Shown here: in pieces, positions 8,141 to 17,549 of the stretch
How positions within the stretch are numbered: position 1 is the first letter of the stretch
Layout: each line of letters starts with the position of its first letter
Virus record (IMG/VR): IMGVR_UViG_3300042882_000213
Span: 1-24,060 of that record
Source of the DNA: a virus
Taxonomy: Duplodnaviria; Caudoviricetes
Direction: 5' to 3' (one strand)
Length of the DNA stretch: 24,060 nt
Notes under the pieces: generated by a model
What the model saw: only the letters and a program-made list of their open reading frames with translations
Told to the model about the DNA's origin: nothing
Databases searched by the model: none
Program-made: the position numbers and the translations under genes

Positions 8141-8554
8141 ATGTCGAATTTAAAATATTTGTATGTTCGGAATATGTATAGGAAAAGAGATATTACTATT
8201 GTTTCCGATGTTTTTGATGAAAATGGAAAAGTTTATGTAAAAGCTGCATGGGCTTTTAGATGTAATCACGATAAATTCATTAAGAGAGAAGGTAGAAAAT
8301 TAGCTTTGGAGAGATTGGATTCTTCAGATCCAAATTATAGCACCATTTTTGAAACTGAAGAAGTAAAGTTTTATCATATTGCTGCTATTATTCTATCTGA
8401 AATTCTTGTCAATCCTTCAACTCCTAGAAAGTATCTGGAAGACATTCATGATGATCTTAGGTATTTTACGGAATGTGCGTTGAATGGAAAACCGACATGG
8501 GATAATATCTTTGAAAGAGAACCAATCTTCACGGAAGATGATATTGACGCATGA
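8141..8554 (+). CDS. Hypothetical phage protein
   Basis: SD GAGGT. Contains A.RC..DKF.K..GR..A..R, a pattern seen in phage hypotheticals. ATGA-coupled to the next gene. Confidence 0.75.
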   Translation: MSNLKYLYVRNMYRKRDITIVSDVFDENGKVYVKAAWAFRCNHDKFIKREGRKLALERLDSSDPNYSTIFETEEVKFYHIAAIILSEILVNPSTPRKYLEDIHDDLRYFTECALNGKPTWDNIFEREPIFTEDDIDA

Positions 8555-8967
8555 AAAGAAAATTGATCTACTATTACATGGATGTTGCAAAAAGAACAGC
8601 GGAACTTTCTACTGCAACTAAATTGAAAGTTGGTGCTATTCTTGTTAAGAACGATAATATAATTGGATTTTCTTATAATGGAACTCCAAGAGGTTGGGAT
8701 AATGTATGTGAATATATTCATCCAGAAATAGGAATAAAAACAAAGCCAGAAGTATCTCATGCCGAAGAAAATCTGATAATGAAATTAGCATGTTCCCACG
8801 AATCTTCAGAGGGAGCTATAATGTTTGTTACTCATAATCCTTGTTATGTGTGTTCTAGATTAATATATGGAGCTAAAATTTCCAAAGTATATTACGAAAA
8901 AGATTACAGAGATTCTTCTGGTATAGATTTTTTGGAAAAATGCGAAATTCCTGTAATAAAGTTATAG
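8551..8967 (+). CDS. cd: dCMP deaminase
   Basis: KVGAILV, YNGTPRG.DN.CE, HAE and PC..C Zn motifs; 138 aa. Confidence 0.92.
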   Translation: MKRKLIYYYMDVAKRTAELSTATKLKVGAILVKNDNIIGFSYNGTPRGWDNVCEYIHPEIGIKTKPEVSHAEENLIMKLACSHESSEGAIMFVTHNPCYVCSRLIYGAKISKVYYEKDYRDSSGIDFLEKCEIPVIKL

Positions 8968-8975
8968 AGGTAATA

Positions 8976-9371
8976 ATGGAAGATAATAAAAAAGAAATAG
9001 AATTTTTAAAATTAAATCTCAAACAAGATGATATTTTAATAATCAAAGTGGACACATCGGAAATGACTCCAGACGAAGCGACAGATAAATTATCATCTGT
9101 TCGTGATGATGATTTTGTTAATTATATTAAGGATAGAGGTAATCCTGTACTTGTCGCTTATTCTGGGCTAGATTTTGAAATTTTAAGATTGGATGAAAAA
9201 GATAAAGTTGTTGTTTACATGGATGTTTCATCTATGGATGACGATAAGGCGAAGAATTATGAAGATTATATTAAATTTAAATTAAATGAAACTCTTGGTG
9301 ATAAACTTATTCCTATTCAAGTAAGAAATGGATCACCAGTTTTAAAAGTATCTAAAGGAGAAAAAGAATGA
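8976..9371 (+). CDS. Hypothetical protein with internal tandem duplication
   Basis: SD GAGGT before ATG 8976. Two copies of L.L...D......D.S.M..D.A. Confidence 0.75.
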   Translation: MEDNKKEIEFLKLNLKQDDILIIKVDTSEMTPDEATDKLSSVRDDDFVNYIKDRGNPVLVAYSGLDFEILRLDEKDKVVVYMDVSSMDDDKAKNYEDYIKFKLNETLGDKLIPIQVRNGSPVLKVSKGEKE

Positions 9372-9670
9372 ATGTAAAATGTTTTAGGTTGGTTACTGGT
9401 GAAGACATTATGGCTGAATTCGAAGATGTTGGGGATAGTGTGAAATGGAAAAATCCCGTTCAGATCTCTATGGTTAGATCTGGTTCAACACCAACATTTG
9501 GATTTCTGCCCTTTCCGATGTACACGGGACAAAATAAAAATATAGAGTTGACAATTGAGAAGAAGCATATTATATTTGATTCTCAAGCAGATGATGAATT
9601 TGTCCAACAATACAACTCTATTTTTGGTGCTGGTATAATCACTCCATCCAAGAGTATTCTAGTAAATTAA
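9368..9670 (+). CDS. Conserved T4-like hypothetical upstream of gp43 (possible Sm-like beta fold)
   Basis: MNVK.FRL.TGEDI.AE start and QY...FG.GI..P end are typical of the small gene preceding gp43 in aquatic T4-like phages. Fold is inference. Confidence 0.75.
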   Translation: MNVKCFRLVTGEDIMAEFEDVGDSVKWKNPVQISMVRSGSTPTFGFLPFPMYTGQNKNIELTIEKKHIIFDSQADDEFVQQYNSIFGAGIITPSKSILVN

Positions 9671-9679
9671 GAGGTTTGA

Positions 9680-12271
9680 ATGTCCAGTTTTTATTTGAAT
9701 GCCAAGCAATATGGCGATAATATTTTATATATTGGTATTAAAAACGGGAAAAAAATAAGAACGAAAGTTCCATATTCACCTTCACTATATGTTCCTACTT
9801 CAGAGGAAACTCCCTATAAAACGATTTATGGGGAACCTCTGAAGAAGATTAAACCGGGATCGATTAAGAAATGTAAAGAATTTATTTCCCAATATTCTCA
9901 AGTTAATAATTTTTCGATATATGGTAATACAAAATATGAATATTGTTTAATTTCTGACTTGTTCCCGGAAGACATAGAATGGGATTTTTCTCAGATTCGT
10001 ATTGCTATTGTTGACATCGAAGTAAACTCAGATCCAGATACTGGAGGATTTGCCACTACAGAAGATCCGCATCAACCAATTATTTCTATTGCTGTGAAAT
10101 TTTATGGCGAAGAAAAATCATATATTTTTGGATATTATGATTTCGATGCTCCGGATAATGTGCATTACATTAAATGCAAAGATGAATATACATTAATCAA
10201 GAAGTTTATCGATCTTTGGAGTTTGAATTATCCAGATGCAGTTTCTGGTTGGAATACTGCTGGATTTGATATTCCATACATGATCAATAGATTTAATAGG
10301 ATTGTGGGTGTACAGGAAACCAAGAAACTTTCTCCTTGGGGAATTATCCACGAAAAATCTACTAGAAAATTCAATGAAAAATTTGGTAGATATGATGAAG
10401 AAAAAACATATAGTATTATTGGCGTTTCTTCGTTGGATTATATTGATTTATATAAGAAGTATCAACCGGGGGGACTTTCGCAAGAAAGTTATAAATTAGA
10501 TTCTATTGCAGAAGTTGAGATTGGAGAAAATAAAATCGATTATGAAGGATCTCTCCATAAACTTTATGAAGATGATAAACAAAAGTTTTACGAATATAAT
10601 CTAAAAGACGTTGAATTGGTTGAGAATATTGATCGCAAATGTAAATTGTTTGAATTGGGTCTAACATTAGCATATAATTCCAAAACTAATTTTGATGATA
10701 TTTTTCAACAAACTAAGATGTGGGATGCTTTGGTTTATGATTATCTGAAAAAGAAAAATATTCAAATCCCACAGAATGTAATTGGAGAGGATCAACAGTA
10801 CGAAGGAGCATATGTAAAACCGACTAAACCTGGGATGCATAAATGGCTTGTAACTCTTGATGCAACTAGTCTATATCCTTCGATTATTATGGGAAAAAAT
10901 GTCTCTCCGGAGACTTTGGTTGATCCAAAGGATTATAATGAAGATATGAAAGATATTCTTTCTCAACCAATATCAGTTGATAATCTATTAGAAAAGAAGA
11001 TCAGATTGGATAAACTGAAAGAAAATAATATAACTTTGACTCCAAATGGACAGTTCTTCAGAACAGATCGTAAAGGATTTCTTCCAGAAATGGTAGAAAA
11101 GATGTTCAAAGCGAGACAAGATTACAAGAAGAAAATGATTTCTTCTCAAAAAGAATATGAATTGATTGAAACTAACTTAAAAACCGATAAAGACAATCTG
11201 GAGTTAATCAAAGAAAAATCAAGATTGAATTTTGAAATTTCTAAGTATAACAATCTTCAAAATGCTATGAAGTTATGTTTAAACAGTTTATATGGTTGTC
11301 TTGGTACGAAGTTTTTTAGATTTTTTGATGTACGACAAGCAGAAGCGATTACTATGGAAGGACAGCTTTCCAATAGATGGGTTGCTAATAAGATTAATGC
11401 ATACTTAAATGAAATATTAAAAACCAATGAAGATTATATTATTGGTGGAGATACCGATTCTTTATTCCTGTCTTTGAATGGATTGGTAGATCATGTATGT
11501 CCTGTTGGAACTCCTCCTGATAAAATTGTTGATTTTTTGTTGAAAGCGGCAACAAATAAGATTCAGCCCGAAGTAGATAAGTTTTGTGATGAATTGTCGA
11601 GTTATGTGAATTCATATGATAATAAACTTAAATATAAATTAGAAAAGATATGTTCTACTTCTATATTTACCAAGAAGAAACGATATGCTCTTAATGTTTA
11701 CTCTAACGAAGGGGTTATATATTCAGAACCAAAGATTAAAGTTACTGGATTACAAATTGTGCAATCCACCACTCCGATATTGGTGAAACATGCTCTTAGG
11801 GAATGTTTGAAAATGATTCTAGATGAAGATAAGGAAAAATTTCAGAATTTTGTTTCGGATTTTAGAAAGACGTTTGATGGATTTAAAATCGAACAAATAG
11901 CCTTTCCAAAGGGGGTTAATGGGTTGAACAAATACTATGATTCTAGTATGATTTATAAAAAGGGAACACCTATACATGTTCGTGCTTCTATCATGTATAA
12001 TAAACTTCTCGATGATATGAAATTAAACTCTATCTATGAATATATAAAAAATGGGGATAAAATTAAATATTGTTACTTGAAAGTTCCAAACAAAATCAAA
12101 GAGAATGTGATTGCATTTCCGGAGAAGCTTCCAAAAGAATTTGATTTATTGGACTATATAGATTATAATATGATGTTTGAGAAGGTGTTCCTAGAACCAC
12201 TAAAGCCGTTGACAGAAATTGTTGGGTGGGATCTAGAAAAGAACAATTCGATAGAAGATTTTTTTAATTAA
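9680..12271 (+). CDS. 43: Family B DNA polymerase gp43
   Basis: ExoI DIEV, ExoII GWN..GFDIPY, ExoIII YN.KDV, motif A DATSLYPS, motif B K..LNSLYG, motif C GDTDS, KKRYA. 863 aa, no intein or intron. Confidence 0.98.
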   Translation: MSSFYLNAKQYGDNILYIGIKNGKKIRTKVPYSPSLYVPTSEETPYKTIYGEPLKKIKPGSIKKCKEFISQYSQVNNFSIYGNTKYEYCLISDLFPEDIEWDFSQIRIAIVDIEVNSDPDTGGFATTEDPHQPIISIAVKFYGEEKSYIFGYYDFDAPDNVHYIKCKDEYTLIKKFIDLWSLNYPDAVSGWNTAGFDIPYMINRFNRIVGVQETKKLSPWGIIHEKSTRKFNEKFGRYDEEKTYSIIGVSSLDYIDLYKKYQPGGLSQESYKLDSIAEVEIGENKIDYEGSLHKLYEDDKQKFYEYNLKDVELVENIDRKCKLFELGLTLAYNSKTNFDDIFQQTKMWDALVYDYLKKKNIQIPQNVIGEDQQYEGAYVKPTKPGMHKWLVTLDATSLYPSIIMGKNVSPETLVDPKDYNEDMKDILSQPISVDNLLEKKIRLDKLKENNITLTPNGQFFRTDRKGFLPEMVEKMFKARQDYKKKMISSQKEYELIETNLKTDKDNLELIKEKSRLNFEISKYNNLQNAMKLCLNSLYGCLGTKFFRFFDVRQAEAITMEGQLSNRWVANKINAYLNEILKTNEDYIIGGDTDSLFLSLNGLVDHVCPVGTPPDKIVDFLLKAATNKIQPEVDKFCDELSSYVNSYDNKLKYKLEKICSTSIFTKKKRYALNVYSNEGVIYSEPKIKVTGLQIVQSTTPILVKHALRECLKMILDEDKEKFQNFVSDFRKTFDGFKIEQIAFPKGVNGLNKYYDSSMIYKKGTPIHVRASIMYNKLLDDMKLNSIYEYIKNGDKIKYCYLKVPNKIKENVIAFPEKLPKEFDLLDYIDYNMMFEKVFLEPLKPLTEIVGWDLEKNNSIEDFFN

Positions 12272-12282
12272 AAGAGGTTATT

Positions 12283-13368
12283 ATGAGTGTATTAGATAAG
12301 TTAAAGAAGAATTCCACAATTAAAGAATCTTCTATTCTAGCTAAATCCCGTTTTTTTGCGGAAAAGGATTTTGTTTCGACTTCCATCCCTGTATTAAATA
12401 TTGCATTTTCTGCTAGAATTGATGGTGGATTTCATTCCGGATTTACTATGTGGGCTGGGGTTAGCAAAATGTTTAAAACCGGATTTTCTTTGCTTATGGC
12501 TAAAGCATATATGGATAAATATCCGGATGCGGTTTTGATGTTTTATGATTCTGAATTTGGTTCTCCACAATCATATTTTAATTCCTTTGGGATCGATTTA
12601 AATAGAGTATTTCATGTCCCTATTGTTAATGTGGAAGAGTTGAAGTTTGATATTATGCAACAAATGAATAATATTGAACGTGGAGATAAGATTATCATTC
12701 TTATTGATTCTATTGGCAACCTTGCTTCCAAGAAAGAAGTAGACGATGCTTTGGAGGGAAAGTCTGCTGCTGATATGACTCGTGCAAAACAATTGAAGAG
12801 TTTATTCCGTATGGTTACTCCGCATCTAACATTAAAAGATATTCCATTAGTTGCAGTCAATCATACATATAAAACTATGGAACTTTATGCAAAGGATATC
12901 GTTGGTGGTGGTACGGGATCATATTATTCGGCAGATAATATCTATATCCTTGGTCGTCAACAAGAAAAGGATGGTACGGAATTATCCGGATACAATTTTA
13001 TCATTAATGTAGAAAAGTCTAGATATGTTCGTGAAAAATCCAAAATTCCAATTAATATTTCTTTTGATAATGGTGTTAGTAAATATTCTGGCTTGATCGA
13101 CATTGCTCTGGAACTTGGATTTGTAATGAAACCATCTAATGGTTGGTATTCCAGAGTTAATAAAGAAACTGGTGAAGTCGAGGATAAAAAATTCCGTTTA
13201 AAGGAAACCAATAATAGAGAATTTTGGGAACCAATTTTGAATTCTGAAAAGTTTAAAAATGATGTTTATGATCGCTACGCTATTTCTTCTCATTCTATTA
13301 TCTCTGATGGTGATATTGAAGAAGAATTTAACAAAAACCAAGATGATGAAGGAGAAGAAAATGACTAA
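12283..13368 (+). CDS. uvsX: RecA-like recombinase UvsX
   Basis: Walker A AGVSKMFKT, FYDSEFG, IDSIGNLASKKE, DMTRAK.LKSLFR, VEKSRYVREKSK; acidic tail. Confidence 0.96.
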   Translation: MSVLDKLKKNSTIKESSILAKSRFFAEKDFVSTSIPVLNIAFSARIDGGFHSGFTMWAGVSKMFKTGFSLLMAKAYMDKYPDAVLMFYDSEFGSPQSYFNSFGIDLNRVFHVPIVNVEELKFDIMQQMNNIERGDKIIILIDSIGNLASKKEVDDALEGKSAADMTRAKQLKSLFRMVTPHLTLKDIPLVAVNHTYKTMELYAKDIVGGGTGSYYSADNIYILGRQQEKDGTELSGYNFIINVEKSRYVREKSKIPINISFDNGVSKYSGLIDIALELGFVMKPSNGWYSRVNKETGEVEDKKFRLKETNNREFWEPILNSEKFKNDVYDRYAISSHSIISDGDIEEEFNKNQDDEGEEND

Positions 13369-13660
13369 TAATCAGTATACAGAAGGCACAGACTATAAGT
13401 TTATTATCCCAGAAGAAGTTTCCGATAATATTGATATTGAATTGTTGATTGGGGAATATAAAGGAGTTGTTTATAGGTATGGTGGAGTAAAGATTGATGA
13501 AGATGGTTCTGGTGGTGCGGTTCTTTCCTTTAATTATGATGTAATTGAAGATGCCGATATTGGAACATTGGAAGAGGATGAACAATTTAAAAACCACATT
13601 GGGAATATTTTGGTTTCGCTAATTGAAAAGAGGATGGCTTCAGAAACCGAGGAGGTTTGA
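13361..13660 (+). CDS. Conserved acidic hypothetical in the gp40 position (between uvsX and 41)
   Basis: ATG 13361 after SD AAGGAG; GEYKGVVYRYG.V...LSFNYDV...F...IG.IL pattern. gp40 equivalence rests on synteny only. Confidence 0.7.
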   Translation: MTNNQYTEGTDYKFIIPEEVSDNIDIELLIGEYKGVVYRYGGVKIDEDGSGGAVLSFNYDVIEDADIGTLEEDEQFKNHIGNILVSLIEKRMASETEEV

Positions 13661-15036
13661 TGAGAATTGAACATGCTATACTAAAGCATTTGATATATGA
13701 TGAAGATTATACAAGAAAAGTATTACCTTTTATTAAATCGGAATATTTCTCTGATAGAGTAGAAAGGTTAGTATATGAACAGATTAAAGATTTTGTAACG
13801 GAATATAATACAAATCCCACATATGAATCTCTGATAATTCAATTAAATGAAAAGAATGTATCTGAAGAAGAATATACTCAAAGTGTTGAAGTATTAAACG
13901 AGATACATTCTACAAAAGAAGAACTTTGTAAACAAGATTGGTTGATCGATAAGACCGAAAAATTTTGTCAGGATCAAGCAATCTATAATGGTGTTCTGGA
14001 ATCCATTTCAATCCTAGATGGAAAACATAAATCTATGGATAAGGGTTCTATTCCTCAAATTTTGTCCGACGCTTTGGCAGTCTCTTTTGACCAAAGCGTT
14101 GGTCATGATTTCATAGAGGATTTTGATTCTAGATATGAATATTATCATCGCAAGGAAGAGAGAATTCCGTTTGATCTAGAATACTTCAATAAGATTACAA
14201 ATGGTGGACTTCCAAAAGGAACATTAAATCTTTTAATTTCTGGTACTAATGTGGGTAAAACCTTGACAAAATGTCATTTTGCTTCACATTATCTTCAGAT
14301 TGGAAAGAATGTGTTGTATATAACAATGGAAATGTCTGAGGAAGAAATAGGAAAACGCATCGATGCAAATTTGATGAATGTTTCTATGGATGATTTAATG
14401 AGTATGTCAAAGGAAATGTTTGACAGAAAAATATCTAAGATCAAATCCAATACTATTGGAAAATTGATCATAAAACAATATCCAACATCATCTGCAGGAG
14501 TTATTCATTTTAGAAATTTATTAAATGAATTGAATTTGAAAAAGAATTTTGTTCCCGATGTTGTCATTGTCGATTATATGAATATCTGTTCTTCTTCTCG
14601 TTTAAAACTCAGTTCATCTGTTAATATGTACTCATATGTGAAAGCGATAGCAGAAGAACTTAGAGGTCTTGCTGTAGAATTTAAAGTTCCCATTTTAAGT
14701 TCATCACAATTCAATCGTGGGGGCGGATCAAGTTCAGACCCTAATATGGAAGATGTTTCCGAATCTCATGGTACGAGTATGACAGCAGACTGGATTGTTG
14801 CTTTAATTTCTACGGAAGAATTGGATTCTCTTGGTCAACTTATGATTAAACAGATCAAGAGTAGGTATGCAGATAAAAACATTAATAAAAGATTTGTCAT
14901 TGGTATTGATAGAGCTAAAATGAGATTATATGATGTTGAGAATTCTGCTCAGGTAGGAATAACGGATTCTGGACAGATGCCTATGATGTCTCAACAAAAA
15001 AGTCTTAAAGATAAATTCGAAGGATTTAAAATATAA
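13660..15036 (+). CDS. 41: Replicative DnaB-like helicase gp41
   Basis: Walker A GTNVGKT, YITMEM.EE, VVIVDY.NIC, KAIAEELRGLAVE, SQFNR, QIKSRY. SD GGAGG. Confidence 0.96.
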   Translation: MRIEHAILKHLIYDEDYTRKVLPFIKSEYFSDRVERLVYEQIKDFVTEYNTNPTYESLIIQLNEKNVSEEEYTQSVEVLNEIHSTKEELCKQDWLIDKTEKFCQDQAIYNGVLESISILDGKHKSMDKGSIPQILSDALAVSFDQSVGHDFIEDFDSRYEYYHRKEERIPFDLEYFNKITNGGLPKGTLNLLISGTNVGKTLTKCHFASHYLQIGKNVLYITMEMSEEEIGKRIDANLMNVSMDDLMSMSKEMFDRKISKIKSNTIGKLIIKQYPTSSAGVIHFRNLLNELNLKKNFVPDVVIVDYMNICSSSRLKLSSSVNMYSYVKAIAEELRGLAVEFKVPILSSSQFNRGGGSSSDPNMEDVSESHGTSMTADWIVALISTEELDSLGQLMIKQIKSRYADKNINKRFVIGIDRAKMRLYDVENSAQVGITDSGQMPMMSQQKSLKDKFEGFKI

Positions 15037-15590
15037 TGTTTGATTTTACTAGATTATATAAAAACGTTCTCAGCGAAAAAACATGTGAAACTATAATTCA
15101 AATGTTTGAGAATTCACAAGAAGAATATGAAGAACGAAATATCAATGAATATATTAAATTCACAGAATTGAATATCAATAATAATCCAGAGAAATGGGGC
15201 GATATAATCGAATATTTTCTATATATCTGTAAAGAATATACTAAAGAATATAAAGAACATTTCAATATAGATGATCATCAATTTCCAACAACATATGCAT
15301 TTGAGGAGATTCGAATTAAGAAATATTTGCCCAATGATCATCACGAATTTAAATTACACGTTGATGCTCAAAATAAAGAATCTGCAAAAAGATATCTATC
15401 TTTTCTGTTTTATTTGAATACCGTAAAGATTGGAGGAGAAACTACTTTTGGTAGAGAAGATGAAATTATAATTCCTCCAGAACAAGGGAATCTTTTGATA
15501 TTCCCACCTCTTTGGACTCATATTCATACCGGGAAAAAACCAATCTCTGGACCAAAATATATCGTGACAACGTATAACGAATACGTTTGA
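15036..15590 (+). CDS. 2OG-Fe(II) oxygenase (prolyl-4-hydroxylase-like)
   Basis: HxD (HVD), R.LSFLFYLN, GGET, IFPP.WTH.H distal His, KY. TAATG-coupled to gp41. Confidence 0.9.
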   Translation: MFDFTRLYKNVLSEKTCETIIQMFENSQEEYEERNINEYIKFTELNINNNPEKWGDIIEYFLYICKEYTKEYKEHFNIDDHQFPTTYAFEEIRIKKYLPNDHHEFKLHVDAQNKESAKRYLSFLFYLNTVKIGGETTFGREDEIIIPPEQGNLLIFPPLWTHIHTGKKPISGPKYIVTTYNEYV

Positions 15591-15615
15591 CAATTCTCCG
15601 ATTTTCTGTTATCAT
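15587..15615 (+). promoter_or_regulatory. Near-consensus sigma70 promoter TTGACA-N17-TATCAT with extended -10 TG
   Basis: TTGACA at 15587-15592, TG at 15607-15608, TATCAT at 15610-15615, ATG at 15623. Confidence 0.8.
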
Positions 15616-15622
15616 TTGTAAC

Positions 15623-16051
15623 ATGAAGATCGATTTTAAAATTATAGAACAACTAAAGACACTGGCGCTATCTGGAACACATCCAAAAGTCTGGATTGCG
15701 TCGGCAATTGTCCATAGAAATAAAATTATTTCTTATGGGACCAATCAAATGAAGTCTCATCCATATCAAAGCAAATATGCTCGAAATGAAGATGCTATTT
15801 ACTGGCATTCTGAAACACTTGCAATATATAATGCTGACAAAAAAATGGGATTTGATAAATTTGATAGTGCTATTTTATATATAGCAAGAGTCAAATATGA
15901 ATCTACAAAAAAAGACAATTATATTCCGGGGATATGTCTTCCTTGTGATGGTTGTATGAGATGTATAAAAGACTATGGAATAAAGACAGTTATATATACA
16001 ACAGATCCAATCGAAGGATCAAAAGAACATATTGGCATATTGAAATTATAG
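15623..16051 (+). CDS. Zn-dependent cytidine/dCMP deaminase-superfamily protein (second, divergent)
   Basis: HSE and PCDGC Zn-ligand motifs, LYIARV strand, GIKTVIYT. The ORF track's TTG 15587 start coincides with the -35 box, so ATG 15623 is preferred. Confidence 0.85.
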   Translation: MKIDFKIIEQLKTLALSGTHPKVWIASAIVHRNKIISYGTNQMKSHPYQSKYARNEDAIYWHSETLAIYNADKKMGFDKFDSAILYIARVKYESTKKDNYIPGICLPCDGCMRCIKDYGIKTVIYTTDPIEGSKEHIGILKL

Positions 16052-16059
16052 GAAATATT

Positions 16060-16800
16060 ATGAATCAAACAGTGACAGTGATCACTCCTACTACTGGAAC
16101 AAAATATCTCAAACAAGCAGTTGAATCTATTCAAAAGCAAACTTATAAACATATTCAACATCTTATTGTAGTTGATGGGAAGAAACATCTAGATAAAGTT
16201 GCTGATATTCTAAAAGAAGTTGATATTTCTAATAGACTTGTTGATGTAATTCCTCTTCCATATCCAACTGGAGAAAATAGGTTTAATGGTCACAGAATTT
16301 ACGGTGCTTCCATTTATCTGTGCAAAGGCGATTTTGTTTGCTTTTTGGATGAAGATAATTGGTATGATGAAACACATGTAGAATCGTTGACAAAGAGTAT
16401 CGAAGGAAAAGGATGGGCATATTCCCTTCGAAAGATTGTGGATTCTGATGGCAACTATGTTTGTAATGACGATTGCGAATCTCTTGGTGCATATCCGTCA
16501 ATTATGGATGAAAGAGATTATTTTGTGGATGTTAATTGTTTCTTCTTACCAAAAGAAGTAGCTCTTCAAACCTCTCCTATTTGGTATAGAAAGGCTAGAG
16601 AACCGGGAGTTCCGGAAGTGGATAGATTTTTAACTCATGTATTAAGAAGTAATAATTTGACACAAGAATGTACCGGACAATATACAGTAAATTATCGTGC
16701 TGGTAATACGGAGCGTTCTGTGCAAAAAGAATTCTTTATTAGTGGAAATGAAATTATGATGGAAAAATATAAAGGCGGATTGCCTTGGAGAAAAAAATGA
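16060..16800 (+). CDS. Glycosyltransferase family 2
   Basis: VTVITPT, L.QAVESI..QTY, HLIVVDG, GDFVCFLDEDNW (DxD), VD near the C-terminal half. SD AGGA before ATG 16060. Confidence 0.9.
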   Translation: MNQTVTVITPTTGTKYLKQAVESIQKQTYKHIQHLIVVDGKKHLDKVADILKEVDISNRLVDVIPLPYPTGENRFNGHRIYGASIYLCKGDFVCFLDEDNWYDETHVESLTKSIEGKGWAYSLRKIVDSDGNYVCNDDCESLGAYPSIMDERDYFVDVNCFFLPKEVALQTSPIWYRKAREPGVPEVDRFLTHVLRSNNLTQECTGQYTVNYRAGNTERSVQKEFFISGNEIMMEKYKGGLPWRKK

Positions 16801-17549
16801 AAATTAAATGCTTTATTTTTTCGTGGAAGGGGCAATATGAAAACGCCTTAAAGTTGGAAAAACAACTTAGTCCATATGTAAATACTCTTGTAATAAATTC
16901 TGATGATGATAATAAACCAGATCATTGGATTAATATTGGAAACGAATGTTATTTTTCGGATCAATTTAGAAAAGCACTTTCTTTATTTGATGATGCTGAA
17001 TATGATTTTTTCTGGCATGTTCAAGCAGATGCATCATATGATGATTGGGAATCTATTCTTAAATCTGCAAAAGAATCATATGAAAAATATAATTGGGGAG
17101 TATATGCTCCAAATGTAAATGATACTTATTACATATCGGAAAGAACGGATATGTTCGATCTTGAAGACAATTTAAGAGTAGTAGCAGATACTGATAATAC
17201 TTGTTGGATGGTTCATAAAGACATTATTTCTGATATGAAGAGTGAATTGATTTTGATGGAATCCAATCAATTAGGTTGGGGATGGGATTTGCTTATTTGT
17301 GCTTTCTCTCATTTAAGAAGAAAATATGTAATTAGAGATTATAGTTATGAAATAAAACATCCTGCTGGAACCGGATATAAGAAGGATCAAGCAGAAATGG
17401 AAATGGCTGAAATGTTCCAGAAATGTAATGATCTATTAAAATCGGTAATATATGATATGAAAATGGATCACAAGGCATTAAATGTTTTATATAATAAAGA
17501 AACAAAACAAGATTCTATTTTCGTATATGATACAAACGCAGGAATGTAA
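16797..17549 (+). CDS. Putative glycosyltransferase-like protein
   Basis: WHVQADA (degenerate DxD), GVYAP, GWGWD and terminal H resemble GT-A folds. ATGA overlap, SD GGAG, and glycan-cluster context. Confidence 0.55.
   Translation: MKIKCFIFSWKGQYENALKLEKQLSPYVNTLVINSDDDNKPDHWINIGNECYFSDQFRKALSLFDDAEYDFFWHVQADASYDDWESILKSAKESYEKYNWGVYAPNVNDTYYISERTDMFDLEDNLRVVADTDNTCWMVHKDIISDMKSELILMESNQLGWGWDLLICAFSHLRRKYVIRDYSYEIKHPAGTGYKKDQAEMEMAEMFQKCNDLLKSVIYDMKMDHKALNVLYNKETKQDSIFVYDTNAGM

Noticed and set aside
9637-9658. gp43 autogenous translational operator hairpin (ACTC-catccaa-GAGT)
   Set aside because: Only a 4-bp core, inside the upstream CDS, with no match to the T4 operator loop; indistinguishable from chance.
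9680-15036. Inteins, introns or homing endonucleases in gp43, uvsX or gp41
   Set aside because: All three have ordinary lengths and contiguous motifs.
15036-15590. TET/JBP-type DNA base hydroxylase
   Set aside because: Motif layout (YLN, GGET, FPP.W.H.H, KY) is that of the common prolyl-hydroxylase-like phage oxygenases, not TET/JBP.
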